Shown here: piece by piece, positions 41,207 through 53,816 of the stretch
Numbering within the stretch: the first letter of the stretch is position 1
How the letters are laid out: every line of letters starts with the position of its first letter
Origin: Eledone cirrhosa
Lineage: Eukaryota
Assembly: GCA_964016885.1 (NCBI GenBank)
Contig: OZ024742.1
Location: forward strand, 313,782,001 to 313,846,000
Length of the DNA: 64,000 nt
Reading direction: 5' to 3'
The notes under the pieces: generated by a model
The model's database searches: none
Told to the model about the DNA's origin: nothing
Seen by the model: the letters and a program-made list of their open reading frames with translations, nothing else
Program-made: the position numbers and the translations under genes

Positions 41207-41212
<6 letters not shown>
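40891..41212. mobile_element. Fold-back element between (TA)n tracts
   Basis: Arms 40891-41005/41097-41212 plus an inner hairpin 41054-41098. Confidence 0.85.
41108..41182 (+). ncRNA. Type I hammerhead (mirror copy about 40921-40996 on minus strand)
   Basis: ATTTCGTT-CTGACGA-TTGAAGGCAG...CTGTCTTCGT-GAAA-CCTTTGG-TA-AATGAAAT; 8-bp helix I, long helix II. Confidence 0.82.
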
Positions 41213-41290
<78 letters not shown>

Positions 41291-41295
<5 letters not shown>

Positions 41296-42043
41296 TAAAA
41301 TAACAGATTAAAGTTTAAGCAAAGAATCGCTGCTTTCACCCTTAACGAGATCTTCTGAAACTAAAAAAGTCAATCTGTGAACGCAGAAGAAAATATTTCA
41401 AAAAACGTTGCAACCGAAGGAAGACAGGAAGACGATACTTTGGTTCGTGGAAACGTTCCCTGGCAAAGAACGAAAAAAAAACGAAGATAATATGTCATTA
41501 TTTGGAGCATTGAAAACAATTACACGCGAAGACAAAACCACGTTTATGGTATAAATGAAGTCGTAGACTAATATTCTATTAGGTTTTGTCTTTGCGTGTA
41601 ATTGCTCCACATAATGACGTATTATCTTCGTTTTTTCCGTTCATTGCAAGAGAACGTCGCCATGAACCACCTAATAGAATATTAGTCTACGACTTCATTT
41701 ATACCATAAACGTGGTTTTGTCTTCGCGTTTTTTCACCGCCCCAAATAATGACGTATTATCTTCGTTTTTCCCATTCTTTGCCAGGGAACGCTTCCACGA
41801 ACCAAAGTATCGTCTCCCTGTTTTCCTTCGGTTGCAACCTTTTTTGAAATATTTACTTCTGCGTTCACAGATTGACTTTTTTTAGTTTCAGAAGATCCCG
41901 TTAAGGGTGAAAGCAGCGATTCTTTGCTTAACTTTAATCTGTTATTTTAATAAATATTTGCTCTACGGTTCTTATATATCTGATATATATTTATCCTTAT
42001 CGAGCCCTCTTTGGATTTTAGTCTTCAAATTTATTATTATTAC
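41291..42043. mobile_element. Long fold-back element (arms about 41291-41585/41669-41953) with variant HHRs at the outer ends
   Basis: Inverted arms; the same family recurs at 30510-30645, 43015-43055 and 63790-64000. Confidence 0.85.
41884..41933 (+). ncRNA. Variant hammerhead with CAGAAGA core (mirror copy 41312-41362)
   Basis: AGTTT-CAGAAGA-T-CCC-GTTAA-GGG-T-GAAA-GCA..TGC-TT-(A)AACT. Confidence 0.6.
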
Positions 42044-42106
42044 TACACACACACACACATATATATATATATGTGTCAGTCAACTACCACTATAAATAGC
42101 AGTAGT

Positions 42107-42160
<54 letters not shown>

Positions 42161-42333
42161 ACTACTGCTATTTATAGTGGTAGTAGACTGACCTCCCTGC
42201 CTCTGCTTCTATCTTTACACACGGCACTGGACAGAATTGCTTCCACATCATTCATTCTCATCTCGGGAACAATTTTGAATAGTGCCAGTTCGTAATTTGA
42301 ACTCTGGAATTTTATATTCTCCGAGTGAAAAGA

Positions 42334-42419
42334 ACCTTCTGACGAGAGTTTATCTTTTCAATGGAAGCCCGTAAGGACTTTCCATTTATTTTGAGACTCG
42401 AAACTCATTCGGTAAAGGT
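42334..42419 (+). ncRNA. Type I hammerhead with extended helix II
   Basis: ACCTT-CTGACGA-GAGTTT...(AATGGAAG-CCCGTAAGG-ACTTTCCATT)...AGACTC-GAAA-CTCATTCGG-TA-AAGGT. Confidence 0.75.
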
Positions 42420-42662
42420 AACCATAGTGAGTACAGTGAATCTTTTGAAATTTATTTTGAAACTTTTTCTTATTTGCTAAACCTTGATTATATATATATA
42501 TACACACACACACACGTATATATATAACAACAGAATATGTACTGTAACAACGATGTGCATATCATAATAACGCAATGTGTATATTATAATAACATAGCAG
42601 GCATACTATTTACTATAACATATCCAGATTTACGGGAACACAAACAACCATAACTTCACATA

Positions 42663-42745
<83 letters not shown>

Positions 42746-42827
42746 GGTTAAACAAGGTTCAATGAATAAATCAAAGAATTAGTTTTACAATAGATTGGAA
42801 GCACTCAACAGTTGGGTTTTCCGGAGT

Positions 42828-42886
<59 letters not shown>

Positions 42887-42900
42887 TATATATGTATATA

Positions 42901-42987
<87 letters not shown>

Positions 42988-43049
42988 ATGATAATATATG
43001 TGAAGATTAAAATCAGAAAGCACCGATTCTTTGCTTAAACTTTAATCTG

Positions 43050-43119
<70 letters not shown>

Positions 43120-43187
43120 TTCAACAGCATTCTAATAAATATTACCTGTACAGGTAATCAAAGTGTGTATACATTTTTTTGGACGCC

Positions 43188-43240
<53 letters not shown>

Positions 43241-43359
43241 AACTTCCTTCGAATGAAACAATTCTAGTCCTGTAGAAGCCATTTCTATATTAAATATTTA
43301 TACTCTGGAGTACCTCACTTACTGTGGTTACCTCCGATTGAACCCGGGATACACACACA

Positions 43360-43391
<32 letters not shown>

Positions 43392-43487
43392 TATATATAT
43401 TTGTGTATATAAATATGTTTGTGTATTTGTGTGTGTTTGTGTACCTGTGTGTATGTATGCCTGCGTTATATATATATATATATATAT

Positions 43488-43676
43488 AACGAGGGAATTG
43501 TGGTAAGGAACCAGGTGCACCATAACGCACCAGAGTACTCAATACTTAGGGTAGTAGAGTGGGTGATAGGAAAAGGCATGACCCCGACGGCAGAGCTCAA
43601 GCCGTTTCGACGGCTATTTCAGGACTGAAATAGCCGTCGAAACGGCTTGAGCTCTGCCGTCGGGGCCATACCTTTT

Positions 43677-43680
<4 letters not shown>
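43488..43680. mobile_element. Fold-back PLE pLTR fragment in (TA)n
   Basis: Hairpin 43567-43620/43627-43680; homologous to 30321-30509. Confidence 0.78.
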
Positions 43681-43705
<25 letters not shown>

Positions 43706-43710
<5 letters not shown>

Positions 43711-44511
43711 AATATAAATTAGCGAGAATCGTATTTCGACTTTGGAATTAGCGAAAAACAACTTCCGAGATGTGTGGCAAGCGCTCAATAATTCTGACGA
43801 ACCAGAGCTACAACATACGTTAAAGACCAAACACACTGAGACGATGGTTAAACCGTCATCCGCATAGGCATAGAAACGACCAAGTAATTCGGGTCAAACA
43901 AATAAAAAAATATTGATTGAAAAAATTTACCCGGACCCCTGGATGGTTGGTAAAATCCACCATTTGGGTTTCTGCGACTCCTAAATCAAGTACTGTCCGC
44001 TTAGACAAATAATGTTAGGCTTCTGGTAAGATGATTGAACAAAGAAGTCACTTTCTCAACAGGTTTTAGTTCAAGTGCCAGGCAAGGAATGACCGTTACC
44101 GATACCCACGTGGGGCTCGACAAGGGAGGCAACCCTTATTTTTGGCGGATGAAATTCAGTATGTGTATATTATTGCAAAAATGCAAAATATCACAAAACG
44201 AATTAAGCTCTCAACAGAATGGTTATAAGTTAACAAAATCTATTTATCAGTCAATAGAATCAACTAAAAAAATCAAGAAAATTAACTGGTCAATAGCTAG
44301 ACTCGGGAGATTAATACAAATATAAATTAGCGAGAATCGTATTTCGGCTTTGGAATTAGCGAAAAACAACTCCCGAGATGTGTGGCAAGCGCTCAATAAT
44401 TCTGATGAACCAGAGCTACAACATACGTTAAAGGCCAAACACCGAGACGATGGTTAAACCGTCATCCGCAAGCCATAGAAACGACCAAGTAATTCGGGTC
44501 AAACAAATAAA

Positions 44512-44515
<4 letters not shown>
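43706..44515. repeat. About 200-bp direct repeats flanking a ~400-bp spacer, bounded by (TA)n
   Basis: 43706-43910 vs 44314-44515 highly similar. Confidence 0.85.
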
Positions 44516-44553
<38 letters not shown>

Positions 44554-44899
44554 TTACTTTTGAATAATACAAAAGAATATTGATGGTTCGGCACAACCAG
44601 ATTTAAATATAAATATCAACTACAACTAAATATACAATAACATTGTTGTATAATATTTCACTAAAATTGTAGAAATAGAGATTACAATGAAAGTTATTAC
44701 AGTGAAAGTTATTAAGTCGGCCATTGCTCTGTTGATATCTTTGTTGAAATAGCTTTAGCTTGCAATAGTTATCATTCCTATAATTTATTTATTTAGTTAT
44801 GTTTTTATTTATTTGTTTGTTTGTTTTTTTTTGTCTTTTTTGTTTTTTGTGTTTTTTTTTTCAAGCTTTGAAACAATCTATCATCATATTTGTCATCAA

Positions 44900-45457
44900 C
44901 AACGAAGACCACGGCGATAACGACGACGACGACGACGATCACCACCACTACCACCACCACCACCACGATGACGACGACGACGACGATCACCACCACTACC
45001 ACCACCACCACCACCACGATGACGACGACGACGACGATCACCACCACTACCATCACCACCACCACCACCATGTCGACGACGATCACCACCACCACCATCA
45101 CCACCATCACCATCACTACCACCACCACGATGACGACGACGACGACTATCACCACCACCACCACGATGACGACGACGACGACGATCACCACCACTACCAT
45201 CACCACCACCACCATCACCACCATCACCATCACTACCACCACCACGATGACGACGACGACGACTATCACCACCACCACCACCACCATCACCATCACCACC
45301 ACCACCACGATGACGACGACGACGACTATCACCACCACCACCACCACCATCACCATCACCACCACCACCACCACCACGATGACGACGACGACGATCACCA
45401 CCACCACCACCACCACGATGACGACGACGACGACGATCACCACCACCACCACCACAA
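44900..45457. repeat. Compound (CAC)/(GAC) triplet satellite
   Basis: Alternating CAC and GAC blocks. Confidence 0.95.
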
Positions 45458-47467
45458 CTAATGTTATTTCTGCTAACCCATTCAGCCCACACTGATAGTC
45501 ACATAGAGGTGGTGGTCTTAAGTTAGACATGACCCGGGTCGATACTGGCCGAAGCCTATATATAAACAAAGAACGTATGTTTAGAAAACGGCGAGCGGAA
45601 TTTGAAGATTGAATTAGGATATTTGGCTGCATCTTTGACTAAATAGAATAGTTTAATATTATCGGGCATATAAATCTACTGAACGGAAAAAAGATGGGCT
45701 GCCTGCCGATATCCATCTTTTCCCGTTCAGTGGGCTTAAACGTCCCGTTATTATTAAACTATTTTATTTGAAGTTACGGCGAAATCACCTAATTCAATTT
45801 TCACACACGCCCCCCCCCCCCCCACATACACACAGTGAGAAAAGGAATAGGAATTTATATATATATATATATATATTAAAAAAAGGAAAAGAATGACTTC
45901 ACTTGTAGTTCTAAACAATTTAATTTAATTTTATAATATGATTTTATAATTTGGTTTTGTAGATTTAATAGGTTCTTTGTTAACTTTGGTGGGGACATTT
46001 TTAAAGATTCCTGGTTAAATTAAATTAAATTGTTTAGGACTACAAGTGAAGTAATTCTTTTCCTCTTTTTAAATATATCTAACTGTACCAAGGATTTCAC
46101 ACATTTTCCAATATATATATTGTCTCTCACTCTTTTAAGTTGTGAATTAGACTGGTTATCTACTCACGCGGCTGACACATTTCAGCTCGCTACTATATTG
46201 CTATATAATGGATGTCGCATTTAAAGTCCGTTAAAGGTTCTTGGCACTACCATTGATACCGTCGCTTTCCTCTAGCTACGGGGCTTGGAGACATGAACCG
46301 GATGCTACCATTCTATTTTATATCAATGTGAACTGCTATTTCTAATGGCCATATTTTCACCCCTTGATAATTTGTGTGTGAGACACGTTGGCTGAATACT
46401 TCTGACAGGAACTAAAAGATTGATTCTTTTTAGCTTTCCGTCCCCACGTAAAATTTGTAAATCAGTGGCTAGTTGAGAGATAGAGTTCTATCGGGTGCCA
46501 GTTGCTAATAGCTTTACCGTGTCAGTCGTCACAAACAGTCATGGCCGACATAGACTGGTCTTAGGATTCTGTCGATCGATTGATTATTGATTAGGCGATA
46601 TCCGCTGATGAAGCCGCATAAGCCGATTGTGCATTGTTGCATAATATATGCAGACAGATGGTGCAGTGCACCTTACTGCTGCATTAGTGCGGTAGAAACT
46701 CGAGTCCGGGAACCTTATAGGCACCCGTTTTACGTGTGTTGTGTTGAAGCAAATAACTTTGTGCATACTCTGGTAATGTATCTTACATTGCCCATGAAGT
46801 GCGCTGAGATACAACCGGTACTGGCATTGATAAATATGCTGGGTCCGTCAACCCTTATATATATATGAATAAATTTAGTTCTTCATCAGTGATCTTCCAA
46901 CCTTCATTGGTATTTCATCGCTTTAAAGACCATATACCTCCGGTTGGTGCGAGCAACGGTTAAAGAAAGTCGTTGGGACACGTAAATAAGGGGAACGAGC
47001 GAGACTGTAAACAATCAAAGATGGTAATGCAACGAAAAGTGAGGAAGAAGGAGTCAAGTCCCAGAAATCGATGAATATAAGTTCTGTGAAATCGTGGACG
47101 AGAGAGAATAAAGACCATCAAACCTAGTCCAAATGTGAGCAAGGAAAGAATTTCGCACAGGTCAAACGGGAGGAAGAAGGAGTCTAGTCCCCGAATTCGG
47201 TGAACATAAGTTCTGTGAAATCGTAGACAAGAGAGAACAAAAAGGAACAACCAACCTGGTCAAAGTGTGCGCGAGGAAAGAATTTCGCACAGGTCAAACG
47301 GGAGGAAGTGGGAGAGGGAGTAGCAGAGAGTGAGTGAGGCAAAGGTGAGGAAGAGGCTAACAGAGAGAGTAACTGTTAGAGGGGGTAAAGGGAAGTGAGA
47401 GATACAGAGAAAGAGGAAGCAGTAAGAATGAAAAAGACGGGTCACAGCGGAGGAAAATATATATGTG

Positions 47468-47499
<32 letters not shown>

Positions 47500-47501
<2 letters not shown>

Positions 47502-48905
47502 AACAAGTATGACCCCGACGGCAGAGCTCAAGCCGTTTCGACGGCTAATTCTGGACTAAATAAGAATTTTTAGCCTGGTAAATAAATAGCCGAACTTCTC
47601 AGGGGGTAATTCCATATATGGGAAGATAGTAATTGTCAAAAGGATTGGTCAAAAATTTGTTGTAAAGACAGATGATTCTATCATGGCATTTGGTGGGAGG
47701 TAGGGGTAGCTGAACTTTCCGGTAGAACAACGAGGGAGTGGGGGAAACCCAGTCAAGCGTTGAAAGTGAAATCTATACAGCAGATTCTAAGGATAGTGTA
47801 TAGAAGGTCGAAAAAAGTGTACTGGAGAAGGGGGGGGGAGTTGAAAGAATAGGTAAATCGAAAGGGAGTAAACAAAAAAGCCATTATAAAAATGAGGAAA
47901 TAAATATATAAAAAACAATTTCTGGTTACTACTCCATCCCCACACTCACCAAACCTCTCATTGGTATTGCTAAGCTATAGAAAAGTTTAATAGGTGGAGA
48001 AAAATACTAAATACGAGATTGTAGTGAAAGAATTTTATAAAGCCATCTTTAGTTAGTAGTAATCAGCTATATAGTTAGTAGTAATCAGCCAATGCTATCT
48101 TACAATGACATAAGTTGAGGACAAACATACTAAAACACTAATACGAAATATTAATTCAGAATACTAATACATAAATACTAATACAAGAATACTAATGCAA
48201 AAATACCACTAAGAAATTTAGAAACCACGGAAATGGAGCAGCAACCAGAAAGAAAGCAATTATCTGGGGTCTAACACATCTGCTATAAAAAGCGTAATCG
48301 GCCAATTCTATCTTAAAATTAGGGGGTTGGGGTACTGAGGCTACAGAGGACCGATGGGCTGCATCGGGGTGGGCGAAAAGGTGAAAAAAAAGACGACAAG
48401 GAGGGAGATCTGGGGTGGAAGGACTAGGAAGAGATGGGGGAAGAAAGAAATATAGAGGAAAAGATAAAGAAAAAAAATTACGTCTACCTTTGTAAGCAGG
48501 GGTTACCCCTTACGAAATCGGCAAGTGGGGTGTTTCAGCCCTTGTTTACCCCCCCCCCCCACTCCCCGGGTCATTATGGAGTTTGAGGGCGAGGTAAGTC
48601 CTACGCAATCTGTGTTTGCATGCAGTTACCAGTTCGTCTTTCTTGTTTAGGAGTTGGTCCTTCGAAAACAGCATTTGTAATGTTTCCTCCGAGCATAAGT
48701 TACAAGGACGGCGTCCTCCCGTGTAAGAGTTAGCTCTGGGCAGTAAGCTCCAAGTGAGATTGTAGGTTATATTATTATCTTTGAGGTCCCAGACGTGACC
48801 CGAAAGTGTAGTGGCATGACGCCGAGCCGGGTTTCGGAAAGTATGTCTGTGTAGGTAGAGCCGGGTCTTGAAGTCACATCTGATTCCTTACCACATTTCC
48901 TCGTT
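47500..48905 (-). mobile_element. 5'-truncated Penelope-like element: GIY-YIG C-terminus, 3' UTR and HHR-bearing terminal repeat
   Basis: 48875 downward translates DFKTRLYLHRHTF...TTLSGHVWDLK...W.LL..ANSY..CNLCSEE...LLNKKDELVTACKH; both ends abut (TA)n. Confidence 0.8.
47512..47607 (-). ncRNA. Hammerhead-like motif (core CTGAGAA), sense to the PLE ORF
   Basis: ACCCC-CTGAGAA-GTTCGGCTA...TAGCCGTC-GAAA-CGGC-TTGAGCTCT-GCCG-TC-GGGGT. Confidence 0.65.
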
Positions 48906-49088
48906 ATATATATATATATATATATCCAGTGAGTGTAACGCAAAGTTACTGTAGGTTTACACGGGTGAGCACTCGATGTTTAGGTTCACGTCAGTATCGA
49001 AGTGTAGATCGAACCTTGAGCTGATCAGTAGCAAAACGCGCATCACCAGCCTATAAACGTAATATAGGAGTTACCATTGGTCCTTGTA

Positions 49089-49206
<118 letters not shown>

Positions 49207-51660
49207 GTATTATTTTTCCTTTTCTCATTAGTGCGCTGAGCGTTTGGACGAATTTATTTTGCTTTTCGCTTTTTTCCATTCAGTATGTCTATTGGAATAT
49301 GCACGCATGGTCCCGTGACTCCCGCGGGTGTTATGAGGGAATGATATTGACATACGGCTTTTCTAGGGCACTTTTTCAACTTGGCAAAGCCCATCTCCTT
49401 TCCAGGTTTGAAAACAGCAGATTTCTTCCAGAGAAGGATGGAGAGTGAGAGAAAGGAAATGAGAAAGAGATATAGAGGAAGAATCGACTCCAGTATTAGA
49501 CTGGTACTTTTTTTATTGACCTCGAATGAATGAAAGGCAAAGTTGACCTCTGTGGGATTTGGACCTCGAATACCACAAACATTCTATCTGACGTTCTAAC
49601 GACTCTGCCAATTTTTCGCCTATGATTGGAATATACACTCATGAAAATATATACTTTTTCTGAAAATTTTTTTTCTCAATTCGATGCTTTCGTTAATACT
49701 ATATTTGTAGTATTTGAACGAGTGTAATATTATGAATCATCTTAGTTAAATGCTAAAATATTTTCACATATTTATAAGTTTATTTTTATTCATATATTCA
49801 TACATATTTAGTGTCACTCTGTCGTCCAGAGTGGCAAACATGTACTCTCAAAATGGCCCCTAGTAGCAATCTAGTATTATGTGAAGCACGTAGTTGAGTT
49901 ATTAGTTAGGTTTCTGATAGTGCCTTGTGTTTAAGCATGACACTATATTTCTCGTTGCTTCAGTCCAGTCAGCTGGAGAAAAATGAACTGTAATTCAAAG
50001 GGTCAGACTTGTCTTACCCTGTGCTACATTGAATCTTCATATTAAAAGTATACATTTGTGGAATGCTCAGCCAATTGTATGTTAATTTCACGAGCTGGCT
50101 GTTAACCAAATATTTAGAATACACGTTCTCACAACAGACAGAGGTTCTTCAATAATAACAGCAATAGTATCGTCATACACATTCGATCAGTCATAAATAC
50201 ATGGCTATATACACGGTTTGTTAGAATACTCTCCTAGAACACTGGCTGCGTAAATTATGCAGTGATCAATTTTTCATATTTTATATTCTGGATCAGTTTA
50301 ACCTACATGTGTTTATTAGCTTGAAGTGTCGACTTTACATCATTTTATGGACCAGGTTGATAGATGCATTGAAACTGTGCCAAAATATACATGATATGAA
50401 TGTTTCAGAATGTTTAGTCTTTTGATTGGTATCATGAATAATTCTACTTCTCCATCTGTCTGCCGCTCTCTTCTTTCTTTCCTGTTTTTCTTCATATCTC
50501 TCCCCTCTCTCTTCTTCTCTTCCCTCCTCGTTTCTCTCTTTATTCAGAATAAACTAAAACTATTCAAACGTAATCCTTAAAACAACAAGAGCAACTATAA
50601 CAGTTGTTGTTTAGCTCCAGATATGCCTTGATCAAGTCTGAAGCATTCCATCCATGACCATTCCGTCATTTTCTCTAAAAATAGCCCACCTAAAACTACA
50701 CAACCTAATATACCATTATTTTGTTTTTAAAACTGGTTGGGAGAGATTTGAGAAACATTTGGCTACGATTTCTTGAAGATCGAGCGAGTATGTAAATGGC
50801 TCGTCCTTAACTCAGGTGCATAAAGGTCTAATAATCTGATAACAGAATAAAGGTCAAACAATGCATATAAAATTAAACAATGTTTTATTTGTAAAATTGT
50901 CAGTCTAAAATACATTCATCAGTGAATAGAAAATCTGTTTTGTTTTTTCACGCTAGGAATTTTTTAACGTTGGATAACGGTTGAAGTTTGAAAACGCATA
51001 TGCTTCAGTTGAAGTCATCCTAAAAGATGTCAGAAGTTGAACGAACAGATTATCGATAGATGTTAACGCATGTTTTCTGAATAAAACACTACGCTTAATT
51101 TTATATGCATTGCAGGGCCTTTCAATCATTTTAAAAACTGCATCGAAACTCAATAATATATATGAGAACAAAACGTATTTCCCTGACATTTTGCGACTGT
51201 ATTGCTAGAGATTTGATTTCCACTTCTTCAATTAGAAAAGCTGAAAGTATGATTCAGAAGTTAACTTCGTAATCATGAGATCTTGGGTTTGGTTCCATCG
51301 TGTGACATCTTGGGTGAATATATTTACTCCAGCCTCGGATCTATCCAAGTCTTGTGAGTAAAATGGGTCGGCAGAAGCTCATCGGATAGATTGTACCTGT
51401 AACTGAAAGGTCCCATCATTTTACATACCATGCTTCCCTGATATATATATAATATATATATAGGGTAACGGGCAGACGATTCTGTTTGGATTGCCTTGGG
51501 AACGTAACCTTATATAAGAAGCTGTCTGATGATATCACGGCACTGGGTACACGGAATCGTGTGGCCACTGTCGTCATTGAAATATGTATCACAGCATTAC
51601 CAATAAAGGACTTTAACATCTGAAACTACTTCGTATTTTCTTATTCTATATATATATACG

Positions 51661-51746
<86 letters not shown>

Positions 51747-51756
51747 AGGGGGTGTA

Positions 51757-52205
51757 ACTGCAGGTTCACCCGGGAGAGCACTCGATGTTTAGGTTCACTT
51801 CTGTGAGGAGGTGTAAAACTATACAGAGTGTAATATATTGAAAGGATAACAAGGACGATTGGTTACTCCTTCATTGCATTTATTGTTAGGTGACGCGCGT
51901 TTCGCCACTGGTCAGATCAAGGTTCGATCTCTATCGATCCTACCCGACTCAATAATCGGCAGCTCGACGGACCCTAGCATTTTAAGAGGGTCCGTCGAGC
52001 TGCCGATTATTGAGTCGGGTAGGATCGATACAGATCGAACCTTGAGCTGATCAGTGGCGAAACGCGCGTCACCTATCAATAAATGCAATGAAGGAGTAAT
52101 CAATCGTCCTTGTTATCCTTTCAATATATTACACTCTGTATAGTTTTACACCTCCTCACAGAAGTGAACCTAAACATCGAGTGCTCTCCCGGGTGAACCT
52201 GCAGT
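51757..52205. repeat. About 450-bp near-perfect palindrome between (TA)n tracts
   Basis: Centre about 51977-51986; each arm carries the HHR 3' half GAAACGCGCGTC; related sequence at 48930-49050. Confidence 0.92.
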
Positions 52206-52223
52206 AACTCCTAGTTATCCTAT

Positions 52224-52291
<68 letters not shown>

Positions 52292-52297
<6 letters not shown>

Positions 52298-53488
52298 AAG
52301 AATTTATATCTAGTAACATATATATACATACAAATGCATATCGATGCTAGCAAATGTATAGGTTTTGTCTTAATAACATTGTGGTTCAATGCATGGGGTT
52401 GCAGAACAATAATATAAGAGACGTAAGATAAGAAAATTATAAAATTAACTTACTTACTAAAATATCACTTCCAACTAATTAGTTTCTGGAATGGAGTAGA
52501 TACATCTTCCGAAGAAGGTGTAGAGAAACATCCCGTCATCAGGAAAATCAATTCTCATATAAGTTCCAGGCAAAGCGAGGACACTGGAAGCTTATTAAAA
52601 ATAAATCAGTGAATAGGAAATAGCAAAGCGTGGACTTACTTCCTAACCATTGAGAAAATCACTGCCTCTGTGTCTGTGGCAAATTCAAAAAGAATCGAAC
52701 ACGTGACATCGAGGTCAATCGGTGGAAAGTGGGTTGTTAATAAGACAGCGGCTAGCCTGCTACCGTAGCAGCAGTCATGGCCAGTATTGCTCGACAAATA
52801 TTTTGGAGATAATAATAAAGAATTAATATATAGTAACATATATATACATACAAATGCATATCGATGCTAGCAAATATATAGGTTTTGTCTTAATAACATT
52901 GTGGTTCAATGCATGGGGTTGCAGAACAATAAAGTAAGTTAATTTTATAATTTTCTTATTTTACGTCTCTTATATTATTGTTCTACAACCCCATGCATTG
53001 AACCACAATGTTATTAAGACAAAACCTATATATTTGCTAGCATCGATATGCATTTGTATGTATATATATGTTACTAGATATAAATTCTTTATTATTATCT
53101 CCAAAATATTTGTCGAGCAATACTGGCCATGACTGCTGCTACGGTAGCAGGCTAGCCGCTGTCTTATTAACAACCCACTTTCCACCGATTGACCTCGATG
53201 TCACGTGTTCGATTCTTTTTGAATTTGCCACAGACACAGAGGCAGTGATTTTCTCAATGGTTAGGAAGTAAGTCCACGCTTTGCTATTTCCTATTCACTG
53301 ATTTATTTTTAATAAGCTTCCAGTGTCCTCGCTTTGCCTGGAACTTATATGAGAATTGACTTTCCTGATGACGGGATGTTTCTCTACACCTTCTTCGGAA
53401 GATGTATCTACTCCATTCCAGAAACTAATTAGTTGGAAGTGATATTTTAGTAAGTAAGTTAATTTTATAATTTTCTTATCTTACGTCT

Positions 53489-53491
<3 letters not shown>
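52292..53491. mobile_element. About 1.2-kb fold-back element with partial tandem duplication (pLTR-like)
   Basis: 52413-52932 inverted against about 52970-53491; 52292-52413 directly repeats 52810-52932; flanked by (TA)n. Confidence 0.88.
53360..53439 (+). ncRNA. Type I hammerhead (mirror copy 52468-52547 on minus strand)
   Basis: CTTTC-CTGATGA-CGGGATG...CATTCCA-GAAA-CTAATTAG-TT-GGAAG; palindromic helix III. Confidence 0.75.
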
Positions 53492-53537
<46 letters not shown>

Positions 53538-53731
53538 GAAAAAGTGGAGAATAACATGGTCAACAGTGCAAAAAGGGAGATTTATTTACAGTCTAACAAT
53601 TGTTTCAATGATAGAGTTGACTAAAAATTGCTAAACACTGAAAGTAGTGCCACTCAATTTAAAATACATGTTAGCTCCATCGTATCCTTGATTATGATTA
53701 CCTATAACGATATCTTGTTATCCTCTCTCTC

Positions 53732-53816
<85 letters not shown>

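Noticed and set aside
44799-45632. His/Asp-rich and Val-rich ORFs
   Set aside because: Triplet-repeat artefacts open on both strands
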